Assembly: GCF_024508665.1 (NCBI RefSeq)
Contig: NZ_JANINP010000002.1
Coordinates: forward strand, 36,598-100,597
DNA length: 64,000 bases
Direction of reading: 5' to 3'
Origin: Sphingomonas sp.
GTDB lineage: Bacteria > Pseudomonadota > Alphaproteobacteria > Sphingomonadales > Sphingomonadaceae
Position 1 is the first letter of the stretch. Each line of letters opens with the position of its first letter. The notes under the pieces were generated by a model, which worked only from the letters and a program-made list of their open reading frames with translations, was not told the origin of the DNA and searched no databases. The position numbers and the translations under genes were made by a program. Positions 9,803 to 19,093 of this stretch are shown one piece after another.

Positions 9803-12322
9803 TCACGCCAGCGTAAGTCCGCCCGCGCGCAAGGGTTCCGCCCCTTGCAGAAAATACCGTCGTGCGATTGCGTCGGACAAATGCGCAAGCTGGCGTTCGG
9901 CCTGATCGAGCTGGCCGATATCAAGCCGCGCCGCGCTGGCGGTCGACAGCAAGGCGCACAAGGCTCGTGCTTCGGCCTGCTGCTCTTCAGGCAAGCCGTC
10001 GTCATTGAGCACGGGGAGCTCGTCGAGATGCTCGGCGATACGATCTGCCTGGTAAGCGAGGCTGCGCGGATTGCCCGGATCGAGCGCGACGAGATCGACG
10101 ACCGGCACCCGCGCGATCCCGGTGAGATAGCGCTGGCGATAACCGATCTGGCTATCGGCGAGATCCAGCAACGTGGTGAGATCATCGCTCGACGCGCCGG
10201 TCATGCCGAAAGTGCGGACCAGCCGCGCCACCGCCAGCCCGCGTTCAACGCGACGGCCAAGATCGTGGAAGCGCCATGCCGCGGTCCGGCCCATATGCTC
10301 CGCCGCCAGACCCGACAAAGCGGCATAGCGCCGTTGCAGCGACCCGCAGCGGTCGAGCATCGATCCCTTGGTCGGATGCGGCGCGTCGAGCAGGCGTACG
10401 ACGTCCGCCGACAGCCGGTCGCGCGACACCTGGGCAATGGTCCGCGCCATGCGATTGATCGCCGGGATGTTGTTCCAGCCGTCGAGCGCGTCGAGTGCGG
10501 TCCTTGCAAGCTGGACGAGATCGGGGCGTTTGAGATGCGCGGGGTGCGCCGCGGCGCCGGCGGCAACGACCAACCCGGCCATCCGCCCGACCGTATCATG
10601 GTCGAGCGCGGCGCCCGCATCGGCATCGATCGAATTGCCGAGCATTGCACGGATGATCGCCAGCAATGCCTCGCCGCGTTCGAGATAGCGGCCGAGCCAG
10701 TAGAAATTGTCTGCGACGCGGCTCGGCAGCGTACCGGGATTGCGGCGGATTTGCGTGCTGTCGGGCGCCGGCAGCAGCGAGGCCTGAGGGACCGGATCGG
10801 GGCTGTAGATCGCGACATCGGCCGACCAGATCCCCTTGCCCATCACCGCCGCACGAATATCGGGATGCTCGCCGATCCGGGCAAAGCCGCCGGGCATCAC
10901 CGTCCAGTCGCCGTCGACGCCGCGTGCCGCGAACACGCGCAAAGTGAAGGGCCGCGCGGCCAACTGATGATCGGCGACCACCGGCATGGTCGACAACCGG
11001 ACCAGTTCCTGCCCGACATAATCCTGCGGCCGCCGCGCCATGTCCTCGAGCAGCGTCCGGCGCGCCTCGGCCGACAATTCGGACCCTTGCACAGCGCCAT
11101 CGGGCAGACCGAGCGGGTTCACGCCGAACGCGGGCGCGATCATCAAACTGTCGAGCCGCGCCTCCACCGTGGCGCGCGCCGCATCGTCGCCGCACCACCA
11201 GGTGGCGATATTGGGCAGCTTCAATTTCTCGCCGATGATCCGTTCGGACAGTGCGGGCAGGAAGGCTTGCAGCGCCGGCGCTTCGAGGACCCCGGCGCCG
11301 GGCGCGTTGGAGATCAGCACATTGTGCGCGGCGAAGGCGTCGATCAGGCCGGCGACCCCGATCGTCGAATGCGAATCGAACGCGAGCGGATCGAGCATGC
11401 GCGGATCGGCGCGCTGCCACAGCGCATCGACGCGCTTCAGCCCGGCGATCGTGCGGACGTAAAGCCGATCCTCGGCGACCGCGAGATCGGCGCCTTCGAC
11501 CAGCAGAAAACCGAGATAGCGCGCGAGATGGGCCTGTTCGGCATAGCTGGCATTCCAGCGGCCGGGAGTGAGCAGACCGATTCGCGGCTCGGCCCGCTTG
11601 CACAATGCCGCGAGGCCGTCGCGGAACGCGGTGAAGAAGGGTGCGTGGCGGAAGATATTCAGGCGGCCCTGCAATCCGCCCAGGGTCCGCGATGTGGCGA
11701 GGCGGTTTTCGAGCGCATAGCCGGCACCCGCCGGCGCGCGCAGGTGATCGGCAAGCACGCGCCACTCGCCATCGGGGCCGCGCCCGAGATCGAATGCGGC
11801 GAACTGGAGCTGGTAGCCCCCGGGCAAGGTCAACCCGACCATCGGTCGCAGGAACAGCGGGCTGCCGTTGATCAGCGCCGCTGGGATTGCACCGTCGGCG
11901 ATCAGAGCGCCCTCACCATAGATATCGGCAAGCACGGCTTCGATCAGCCCGGCTCGCTGCGCCACGCCCTCGGCAATCACGCGCCACTCGCTTTCAGCGA
12001 TCAGCAGCGGGACCGGCGACACCGGCCAGGGGCGCTCGTCCGAATCGCCGGCGACGCGAAACCCGGTGCCGATATCCTCGGCGTGGCGCTGTACGCGTTC
12101 CTGGGCATGGGCGAGGTCGTCCCCTGCAGCGACCGCGAGTTCCTCGAACGCGGCGGTCCAGGCGTCAGGATCGCCGCTAGCTACGACGTCGCCATCGCGC
12201 TCGCCGACCCGTCCGCGATAGTCCGCCAGCCAGCGCGCGGCATTTGCCGTGGCATCGAACAAACCTTCGCTGAGCGCATGACTGGCCAACCGGGCCTCCC
12301 CTTGGGAAAGGCTAACCACCAC
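9803..12322 (-). CDS. circularly permuted type 2 ATP-grasp protein fused to alpha-E (DUF403) domain
   Basis: W..IAEGVAQRAGLIEAVLADIYG, APAGAGYALENR, GLKRVDALWQR, MPGGFARI; then PSRVADNFYWLGRYLERGE and LGRRVER. Start codon uncertain. Confidence 0.9.
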   Translation of the reverse strand: MVVSLSQGEARLASHALSEGLFDATANAARWLADYRGRVGERDGDVVASGDPDAWTAAFEELAVAAGDDLAHAQERVQRHAEDIGTGFRVAGDSDERPWPVSPVPLLIAESEWRVIAEGVAQRAGLIEAVLADIYGEGALIADGAIPAALINGSPLFLRPMVGLTLPGGYQLQFAAFDLGRGPDGEWRVLADHLRAPAGAGYALENRLATSRTLGGLQGRLNIFRHAPFFTAFRDGLAALCKRAEPRIGLLTPGRWNASYAEQAHLARYLGFLLVEGADLAVAEDRLYVRTIAGLKRVDALWQRADPRMLDPLAFDSHSTIGVAGLIDAFAAHNVLISNAPGAGVLEAPALQAFLPALSERIIGEKLKLPNIATWWCGDDAARATVEARLDSLMIAPAFGVNPLGLPDGAVQGSELSAEARRTLLEDMARRPQDYVGQELVRLSTMPVVADHQLAARPFTLRVFAARGVDGDWTVMPGGFARIGEHPDIRAAVMGKGIWSADVAIYSPDPVPQASLLPAPDSTQIRRNPGTLPSRVADNFYWLGRYLERGEALLAIIRAMLGNSIDADAGAALDHDTVGRMAGLVVAAGAAAHPAHLKRPDLVQLARTALDALDGWNNIPAINRMARTIAQVSRDRLSADVVRLLDAPHPTKGSMLDRCGSLQRRYAALSGLAAEHMGRTAAWRFHDLGRRVERGLAVARLVRTFGMTGASSDDLTTLLDLADSQIGYRQRYLTGIARVPVVDLVALDPGNPRSLAYQADRIAEHLDELPVLNDDGLPEEQQAEARALCALLSTASAARLDIGQLDQAERQLAHLSDAIARRYFLQGAEPLRAGGLTLA

Positions 12323-12371
12323 AAACCATGCTGCGTGGCAACATGGATTGAGATCGGGCCGACCTCAAATT

Positions 12372-12479
12372 CGTCATGCCGGGCTTGTCCCGGCATCCAA
12401 TGTGCAGGTTAGCGAGAAGCTCGGGCCTTCAGTCTTGCGCTTGCCGCCCGCTGGACTCCGGCACAAGGCCAGGGTGACG
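12372..12479. repeat. CGTC-tagged REP doublet
   Basis: CGTCATGCCGGGCTTGTCCCGGCATCCA at 12372-12399 (identical to 53942-53969) and TGGACTCCGGCACAAGGCCAGGGTGACG at 12452-12479. Confidence 0.9.
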
Positions 12480-12489
12480 ATGGTAGTGT

Positions 12490-14997
12490 TCAAAGATCCG
12501 GCAGCACCTGCCGCGCAATCCCCCATCCCGCCAGCTCCTTCGACGACGCGCGCTGCAGCAACTCGTCCTGATCCCCGACATGCCACTTGGCCGGCGTCTC
12601 GAGGTCGCCAAGTTCTGCCCAGGTCACCGGGACAGCAACCGGCGCCTTGGCGCGCGCGCGCGCGGTATAGGGCATCACCGCGGTCGCGCCGCGCTGGTTG
12701 CGCAACCAGTCGAGGAAGATCTTCCCCTTGCGCTTGGCCTTGGACATGGTGGCGGTGAAACGGTCGGGCTCGGCCTGGGCGAGCGCCACGCAGAAGCGGT
12801 CGGCGAAATCCTTGACCGCCGGCCATTCGGCCTCAGGCGTCAACGGCACGACGACATGGACGCCCTTGCCGCCCGACACCATCGCGAAGCTGACGAGGCC
12901 GATCTCGGCGAGATGGCCCTTGATCTCGACCGCGGCTTTCTTCACCTCGGCAAAACCAAGTCCCTCATCGGGGTCCAGGTCGAACACGAGGCGATCGGGC
13001 TTTTCGACGTCGGCGACCGACGATCCCCAGCCGTGGAACTCGATCGTCCCCATCTGGACGCATTGCAGCAGCCCGTCGGCATCATCGACGTAGAGATAGG
13101 GTTCGACCGACCCGTCCTTCTCCTCGATGTTCACATGCTTGACGTGCTCGCCGAACGAGCCGGCGTCATGCTTCTGAAAGAAGCAATGCTTCCCGCGTCC
13201 CTGGGGGCAGCGCACCAGGCTGATCGGGCGGTTGGCGATCCATTGCAGCGCTACGGGCGCCATCGCCTCGTAGAATGCGGCTAGGTCACCCTTGGTCACT
13301 GTCGAATCGGGAAAGATCAACCGGTCCGGGTGGGTGATCTTCACGCTCGACGCTTTCGGTTTGAGGGCAGGCTTGGCTTTTTCCACGACCACCTCTTCGG
13401 CCTCCTTGTCGCCGCGCAGCCCCAGGAAGCTTGGGTGCCGCAGGACCTTGTCGGGCGTCGTCTCGGTATAGGCAATCTCGGCGACCAGCTTTGGGGTTAC
13501 CCAATGCACGCGGCGGGTGGCGGCGCGCGGTGCCTCCACTGTCGGCGTCTTGCGGGCGAGCCTGTCCAATTTGGCACGTAGGTCGTTCATCGTCTCGACC
13601 GAAAAGCCGGTGCCGACCTTGCCGGCATAGCGCAGTTCGCCATCTTCATGGACGCCGAGGAGCAATGCGCGAAATCCGCGCGACTTGTCGCTCTCGGTCC
13701 AGCCGACGATGACGAATTCCTGGCGGAGCAGGCATTTGACCTTGAGCCAGGCCTGGGTGCGGCGGCCGGAATAAGGCGCGTCGGCCCGCTTGCAGACGAT
13801 TCCTTCATAACCTTCGCGACACATCGTCTCGAACAATTTCTCGCCTTCGCCGACGATATGCTCGGCATATTGCAGCCGCGCATCAGCGCCCTCGAGCAGC
13901 GGGCGCAGGCGCTCTTTGCGCTGGACCTGGGGCAGTTTGGCAAGGTCTTCGCCGTCGAGTTCGAGCAGGTCGAACGCGAACAAGGTCATGTCGCCGTCGT
14001 TGGAAATGGCGTCCTTCAATGTCGAGAAATCGGGGTGCCCGTCCTTGAACGCGACGATCTCCCCGTCGATCAGCGCCGATCCCACCGGCAGCTTGGCCGC
14101 CGCGTCGGCAATGGCGTGGAACTTGTCGGTCCAGTCGAGGCCATTGCGCGTATAGACCTTGGCCTTGCCGCCACCGATCGCGATCAGCGCGCGATAGCCG
14201 TCATATTTGACTTCGTGAATCCAGCCGGTGCCGGTCGGGACGGAGTCGACCAGGGTGCAGAGCTGGGGATCGCGGAATTTGGGCATCTTAGCGTCGCCCC
14301 GGCGGAGGCCGGGGCCGCTGCGTTTCACGGGGGAATCCGAGCCACTCGGCGGCCCCGGCCTTCGCCGGGGCGACGTATTGGAGGAACGCAGCTTCTTCCA
14401 GCTTGCCAGTTCCTTCGCTTTCCTCCCCTTGGCGATCTCCGCCATCGAACGGCCGGTCTTCACGCTGGTGACGGCATTCTCGACCAGATCGTCAGAACCG
14501 CCGGCATAATCGTCCTCCAGCTTCCTCAGCAGCCAGTTGGTATTCCGTTCCTTTCCCTGCGGCTTAAGCCGGATCAGCAGCCATTCGCCCTTCATCCTCT
14601 CCCCATGGAGGATGAAATGCAGATGCCCCTTCTCCAGATCTTTTGCGGACTTGCCGGGAATCGGCTCCCACCAGCCGTCATCCCATAACATCACGGTGCC
14701 GCCGCCATATTCGCCTTCGGGAATCGTGCCCTCGAAATCGGCATAGCTGATCGGGTGATCCTCGGTCTGCACCGCCAACCGCTTGTCGTCGGGATTGAGG
14801 CTGGGGCCCCGCGTCACGGCCCAGCTCTTCATCACGCCGTCAACTTCGAGCCGCAGATCCCAGTGCAGCCGCGTCGCGTCGTGCTTCTGGACCATGAACC
14901 GATGCCCGGCGGTGCCGCTACGCTCCCCCTTGGGTTCCGCGGTCTTCGAGAAGTCGCGCTTGGCGTTATATTTGGCGAGGGGGTCCCGGTCAGCCAT
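12490..14997 (-). CDS. ligD: NHEJ DNA ligase D (phosphoesterase-ligase-polymerase)
   Basis: PE domain FMVQKHDATRLHWDLRLE; ligase EVKYDGYR, EGIVCKR, WLKVKC; polymerase RCPQG..FFQKH, FDLDPD, SGGKGVH, RNQRGAT. Confidence 0.97.
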   Translation of the reverse strand: MADRDPLAKYNAKRDFSKTAEPKGERSGTAGHRFMVQKHDATRLHWDLRLEVDGVMKSWAVTRGPSLNPDDKRLAVQTEDHPISYADFEGTIPEGEYGGGTVMLWDDGWWEPIPGKSAKDLEKGHLHFILHGERMKGEWLLIRLKPQGKERNTNWLLRKLEDDYAGGSDDLVENAVTSVKTGRSMAEIAKGRKAKELASWKKLRSSNTSPRRRPGPPSGSDSPVKRSGPGLRRGDAKMPKFRDPQLCTLVDSVPTGTGWIHEVKYDGYRALIAIGGGKAKVYTRNGLDWTDKFHAIADAAAKLPVGSALIDGEIVAFKDGHPDFSTLKDAISNDGDMTLFAFDLLELDGEDLAKLPQVQRKERLRPLLEGADARLQYAEHIVGEGEKLFETMCREGYEGIVCKRADAPYSGRRTQAWLKVKCLLRQEFVIVGWTESDKSRGFRALLLGVHEDGELRYAGKVGTGFSVETMNDLRAKLDRLARKTPTVEAPRAATRRVHWVTPKLVAEIAYTETTPDKVLRHPSFLGLRGDKEAEEVVVEKAKPALKPKASSVKITHPDRLIFPDSTVTKGDLAAFYEAMAPVALQWIANRPISLVRCPQGRGKHCFFQKHDAGSFGEHVKHVNIEEKDGSVEPYLYVDDADGLLQCVQMGTIEFHGWGSSVADVEKPDRLVFDLDPDEGLGFAEVKKAAVEIKGHLAEIGLVSFAMVSGGKGVHVVVPLTPEAEWPAVKDFADRFCVALAQAEPDRFTATMSKAKRKGKIFLDWLRNQRGATAVMPYTARARAKAPVAVPVTWAELGDLETPAKWHVGDQDELLQRASSKELAGWGIARQVLPDL
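14292..14375. repeat. CGTC-tagged REP doublet inside the ligD reading frame (84 bp)
   Basis: CGTCGCCCCGGCGGAGGCCGGGGCCGC at 14292-14318 and GCGGCCCCGGCCTTCGCCGGGGCGACG at 14349-14375; nearly identical to the intergenic copy at 15008. Confidence 0.88.
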
Positions 14998-15007
14998 GGC
15001 AATATCC

Positions 15008-15090
15008 CGTCGCCCCGGCGCAGGCCGGGGCCGCTGGCGGCACCTTTCCGGCTAGAACCGCCGGCGATCCCGGCCTCCGCCGGGATGACG
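15008..15090. repeat. CGTC-tagged REP doublet between ku and ligD
   Basis: CGTCGCCCCGGCGCAGGCCGGGGCCGC at 15008-15034 and GCGATCCCGGCCTCCGCCGGGATGACG at 15064-15090. Confidence 0.9.
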
Positions 15091-15098
15091 AGTGAGGC

Positions 15099-15998
15099 TC
15101 AAGCACGCTTCTTCGCCGGAGCGGCCCGCGCCGGAGCCTTTTTGCGCGCGGTCTTCTTGGTGGTCGTGACGCTCTCCTTCTGCGCCGGCTTGGCGCTCGG
15201 CTTCTCGATCGATTTCTTGAGCGCGGCCATCAGGTCGATGACGTTGGACCCGGAGCGGCCGGTCCCTTCGTCGTCCTTGTCCTCGATGATCTTGCGGCGC
15301 GATTTCTGCTTGGCCTTGCGCGCGATCAGGTCCTTCAGCGCATCGACATAATGGTCGTGGAACTTGGCGGGATCGAACTTGGACGATTTCTTGTCGATCA
15401 ACGCGGTCGCGAGATCGAGCAGATCCTCGTCGGGCTCGTCATCGGGAATGTCGCGGAAATAACCCTGCGCGCGATTGACCTCGCCGGCATAGCGCAGCGT
15501 TTCCAACACCATGCCGCGGCCGCAAGGTTTCAGGCTGACGACATATTCGCGCCCGCGCATCGCGAGCTGGCCGATCCCGACCTTTTTCGACCGGCGCAGC
15601 GCCTCGCGCAGGACGATGAACGCCTCCTCGGCAAGATCGTCGGCGGGGACGACGAAATAGGGCCGCTCGTAATAGAGGACGTCGATCTCATCCATGTCGA
15701 CGAATTGGGTGAGCTCGAGCGTCTTTTTCGATTCGAGCTTCACCGCGTCGATCTCGTCCTGGTCGAGCAGGACATATTCGCCCTTCTCATATTCGAAGCC
15801 TTTGACGATCTCGTCGGGATCCACCTCGCCGATGCCGGGCACGGTCTTCTCATACTTGATCCGCTTGCCCGAAGGTTCGTGGATCTGGTGAAACGCCACC
15901 TGCGCGCCGGATTTGGTCGCGGTGTAGATCTCGACCGGGATCGAGACGAGCGCCAGCCTGATCTGTCCCTGCCAATAGGCCCGTGCGGCCATCGTCAC
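15099..15998 (-). CDS. ku: NHEJ Ku protein
   Basis: MAARAYWQGQIRLALVSIPV, KGFEYEKGEYV, YERPYF, VGIGQLAMRGRE, NVIDLMAALKKS, basic tail. Start may be 15992. Confidence 0.97.
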   Translation of the reverse strand: MTMAARAYWQGQIRLALVSIPVEIYTATKSGAQVAFHQIHEPSGKRIKYEKTVPGIGEVDPDEIVKGFEYEKGEYVLLDQDEIDAVKLESKKTLELTQFVDMDEIDVLYYERPYFVVPADDLAEEAFIVLREALRRSKKVGIGQLAMRGREYVVSLKPCGRGMVLETLRYAGEVNRAQGYFRDIPDDEPDEDLLDLATALIDKKSSKFDPAKFHDHYVDALKDLIARKAKQKSRRKIIEDKDDEGTGRSGSNVIDLMAALKKSIEKPSAKPAQKESVTTTKKTARKKAPARAAPAKKRA

Positions 15999-16042
15999 CT
16001 CCGTTGCGAAACCGATTCAATTCCCAGGATGGGGAGTCGTTC

Positions 16043-16069
16043 CGTCACCGGGAACAAGTCGGGGTGACG
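16043..16069. repeat. collapsed/partial CGTC REP
   Basis: CGTCACCGGGAACAAGTCGGGGTGACG; its right part resembles the right arm of the 2177 doublet. Confidence 0.7.
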
Positions 16070-16098
16070 AGGCAAGGAGGCGGCGGTAAAGCGCTGCC

Positions 16099-16680
16099 AT
16101 GAGCACCGATCCCTTCGCCCTGTTCGATAGCTGGTTCGCCGAAGCACGCGAAACCGAGCCCAACGATTCGAACGCGATGGCGCTCGCCACTGCCGACGCG
16201 CAGGGACGCCCGTCGGTGCGGATGGTGCTGCTAAAGGGCCATGGCCGCGACGGCTTCGTTTTCTACACCAACCGCGAAAGCCGCAAGGCGGGCGAGATGG
16301 CGGCCAATCCGCATGCTGCGTTGCTGTTCCACTGGAAGTCGCTGCGCCGACAGATCCGTATCGAAGGCAGCCTCGGCCTGGCCTCGGACGCCGAATCGGA
16401 CGCCTATTTCGCCAGCCGCGCGCGCGATTCGCAACTCGGTGCCTGGGCATCGGACCAGTCGCGTCCGCTCGACGCGCGCGCGACGTTCGAAGCGCGCTAC
16501 GAACAGGCGAAGGCGCGGTTCGAGGGCCAGGACGTGCCGCGCCCGCCGCATTGGGGTGGCTATCGCCTGACCCCAACCCATATCGAGTTCTGGCAGGACC
16601 GCGCGCACCGCCTGCACGAGCGCCGCGCGTTCGACCTTGCCGGCGATGGAACCTGGTCCGAAGGACTGCTCTACCCATGA
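16099..16680 (+). CDS. pdxH: pyridoxamine 5'-phosphate oxidase
   Basis: AMALAT, RMVLLK, FYTNRESRK, RQIRIEG, SQLGAWASDQS, PPHWGGY, IEFWQ..HRLHER. Confidence 0.97.
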   Translation: MSTDPFALFDSWFAEARETEPNDSNAMALATADAQGRPSVRMVLLKGHGRDGFVFYTNRESRKAGEMAANPHAALLFHWKSLRRQIRIEGSLGLASDAESDAYFASRARDSQLGAWASDQSRPLDARATFEARYEQAKARFEGQDVPRPPHWGGYRLTPTHIEFWQDRAHRLHERRAFDLAGDGTWSEGLLYP

Positions 16681-17627
16681 TGACCGAGAGCGAGCGCCGC
16701 CGCATCATTCCCTTCGCGATCCGCGCCGCGCTGGCCAGCGTGGCGATGGCGGTGTTTCTGCTCGGACTCAAGGGCTATGCCGCTTATTCGACCGGGTCGG
16801 TGGCGATGCTCGGCAGCCTGGCCGATACCGCGCTCGACCTACTCGCCAGCTTGGTCACGCTATACGGCGTCAAGGTCGCGGCCGAGCCCGCCGATCACGA
16901 CCATCGCTTCGGACACGGCAAGGCGGAGGCGCTCGCTGCCTTGTTCCAGGTCGCGCTGATCACCTTGTCGGCCGCCGGCATCGCCTGGCGTGCGATCATG
17001 AAGCTCGGCGACAAGACCCAGACGACCGAAGCGGAGTTCGGCATCGGCGTATCGATCATCGCAATTCTCGCGACCTTCGCATTGCTGGCCTATCAGCGAT
17101 CGATCATCCGCAAGACCGGGTCGGTCGCGATCATGGCCGACAAGGTCCATTACCAGTCCGACCTGTTCCTCAACCTGTCGGTGATCGTCGCGCTGCTGCT
17201 CGAACAATATGCCGGCCTGCGCGGTGCCGACCCCGTGTTCGGCATCATCATCGCCGCATGGCTTGCCTGGGGCGCGTTCCAAGCATCGTCGACCGCAATC
17301 GACCAGCTGATGGACAAGGAATGGCCCGAGAACCTGCGCAAGCAGTTCATCGAAGTCGCGGCGCGGCAGGAAGGCCTGAAAGGCATTCACGATTTCCGGA
17401 CGCGGCGATCGGGCAGCCACGAATTCGCGCAATTCCATATGGAGGTCGGGCGCGACCTGACCGTGGCACAGTCGCACGAGATCGTCGAACGCGTCGAGAC
17501 CGCGCTGCACAAAGCCTTCCCCAAGGTCGAGGTGCTGATCCATGTCGATCCCGAAGGGCATGTCGATACCGACAATCCGCTGGTCGAGGCGGATGTGACG
17601 CCGCACTGGTTCGGCAAGCGCATCTAA
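16677..17627 (+). CDS. cation diffusion facilitator (FieF-like) transporter
   Basis: GSVAMLGSLADTALD, HRFGHGKAE, ADKVHYQSD, HDFRTR, LIHVDP; ATGA overlap with pdxH. Confidence 0.93.
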   Translation: MMTESERRRIIPFAIRAALASVAMAVFLLGLKGYAAYSTGSVAMLGSLADTALDLLASLVTLYGVKVAAEPADHDHRFGHGKAEALAALFQVALITLSAAGIAWRAIMKLGDKTQTTEAEFGIGVSIIAILATFALLAYQRSIIRKTGSVAIMADKVHYQSDLFLNLSVIVALLLEQYAGLRGADPVFGIIIAAWLAWGAFQASSTAIDQLMDKEWPENLRKQFIEVAARQEGLKGIHDFRTRRSGSHEFAQFHMEVGRDLTVAQSHEIVERVETALHKAFPKVEVLIHVDPEGHVDTDNPLVEADVTPHWFGKRI

Positions 17628-17639
17628 AAGGAGACGACA

Positions 17640-18437
17640 ATGAGGCTACCGATCGCGCAGATCGACGCGTTCGCGCGTCACGCCTTCGAGGGCAACCCGG
17701 CGGCGGTGATGCCGCTGAACGACTGGCTCGACGACGACGTGCTGCAAAAGATCGCGGCCGAGAACAATCTGTCCGAGACCGCGTTCCTGGTCGCCGCCGA
17801 CGATGACGGCGTCGATTTCGACCTGCGCTGGTTCACGCCGGCGGTCGAAGTCGTGATGTGCGGTCACGCGACGCTCGCGAGCGGTCATTTCGTCCTGTCG
17901 TCGGACCCGGATCGCGAGCGCGTCCGCTTCCGCACGCGCAAGGCCGGAACGCTCGAGGTCGCGCGGGCCGGCGGCAGCTACGAACTGGCGCTGCCCGCCT
18001 GGGTGCCCTCGCCCAAACCGTTGCCCGATATTGTCGCAGCTTTGGGCATCGACGGCGCGGTCGAGACCTTGTGGCACGAGCATCGCTATGCGCTGATCGT
18101 GCTGGAAAGCGCGAATCAGGTGCGCGCGCTCACACCCGATTTCCGTGCGCTGGCGGCGGATGGCGACGTCCTCACCATCGCCACCGCTCCGGGCGACGAT
18201 ACTGACATCATCAGCCGCGCTTTCGCGCCCGGGGGCGGGATCGACGAGGATCCGGTGACCGGATCGGCGCATGCGGTCGCAGTACCCTATTGGGCGAAGC
18301 GGCTGGGACGCGACCGGTTCACGGCATTCCAGGCAAGCGCGCGGGGCGGCTATTTGGACTGCCGGCTGGAGGGCGATCGCGTGATCCTCGGCGGCAATTG
18401 CGTAACGGTGCTGGAAGGGACGTTTCTGTTGGGGTGA
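17640..18437 (+). CDS. PhzF family isomerase/epimerase
   Basis: QIDAF...FEGNPAAV, NNLSETAF, LRWFTP..EV.MCGHATLA, EDPVTGSAH. Confidence 0.93.
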   Translation: MRLPIAQIDAFARHAFEGNPAAVMPLNDWLDDDVLQKIAAENNLSETAFLVAADDDGVDFDLRWFTPAVEVVMCGHATLASGHFVLSSDPDRERVRFRTRKAGTLEVARAGGSYELALPAWVPSPKPLPDIVAALGIDGAVETLWHEHRYALIVLESANQVRALTPDFRALAADGDVLTIATAPGDDTDIISRAFAPGGGIDEDPVTGSAHAVAVPYWAKRLGRDRFTAFQASARGGYLDCRLEGDRVILGGNCVTVLEGTFLLG

Positions 18438-18443
18438 CCTAAA

Positions 18444-18590
18444 TCCTTCCCGGCACAGGGAGGGGGACCGCGCGCGATAGCGCGTGGTGGAGGGGACCTG
18501 CCGTTCGCTAGCCCCTGGTCTGTTGCTCGTTGTCGCGGGCCCCTCCACCATTCGCTACGCGAATGGTCCCCCTCCCCATTCCGGGGAGGA
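18444..18590. repeat. gene-less copy of the hairpin inverted-repeat element (long-arm subtype, like element B)
   Basis: Arms at 18444-18495 and 18540-18590: outer hairpin, GGGACC, inner hairpin, TGGTGGAGGGG tail; 6 nt after the phzF stop. Confidence 0.8.
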
Positions 18591-18664
18591 ATTCATGTCA
18601 TCCCAGCTTTCCGTAGCGTCCGCTTCACCGCCGTCAAAACTGGCTATTTTCCACTGTTTCCGCT

Positions 18665-19084
18665 ATGGTCCCGGCCGTGACCGACCATGCCCTCCCACAC
18701 GATTTTCCGATCGGCATCCAACCCGCCGACATCGACTTCATGGGGCACGTCAACAATGCTTCCTATCTGAAGTGGGTGCAGGATGCGGTGCTGAGCCATT
18801 GGCAGAAAATCGCGCCCGCCGACGCTGTCGCCAGCCTGCTCTGGGTCGCGCTCAAGCATGAGATCACCTATCGCAAGCCGACCTTCCTCGACGACGAGGT
18901 GATCGCCACGGTGCTGCTCGAGAAGGTCCAGGGCGCGCGCGCTTTCTACCAGACGGTGATCCACCGCGGCGAGGACGTGCTGGCCGAGGTCAAGTCGAGC
19001 TGGTGCTGCATCGACGCCCGAACGCTGCGCCCCGCGCGCCTGGCGTCGAGCGTGATCGAGCGCTTTTTTCCGAAGGGAGACTAA
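18665..19084 (+). CDS. acyl-CoA thioesterase (hotdog fold, 4HBT/YbgC family)
   Basis: DIDFMGHVNNASYLKW, HEITYRKP. Start may be the GTG at 18677. Confidence 0.9.
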   Translation: MVPAVTDHALPHDFPIGIQPADIDFMGHVNNASYLKWVQDAVLSHWQKIAPADAVASLLWVALKHEITYRKPTFLDDEVIATVLLEKVQGARAFYQTVIHRGEDVLAEVKSSWCCIDARTLRPARLASSVIERFFPKGD

Positions 19085-19093
19085 AGGTCGTCC

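Noticed and set aside
9845-12412. 855-aa plus-strand ORF and many other long antisense or alternate-frame ORFs (for example 23077-24729, 24263-25927, 37236-38897, 46823-48163, 51010-52752)
   Set aside because: Shadow ORFs over well-supported genes in high-GC DNA; Arg/Ala/Pro-rich with no family motifs.
18484-18861. 125-aa ORF starting within repeat element C
   Set aside because: Overlaps the thioesterase out of frame; its sequence is repeat-derived with no protein features.
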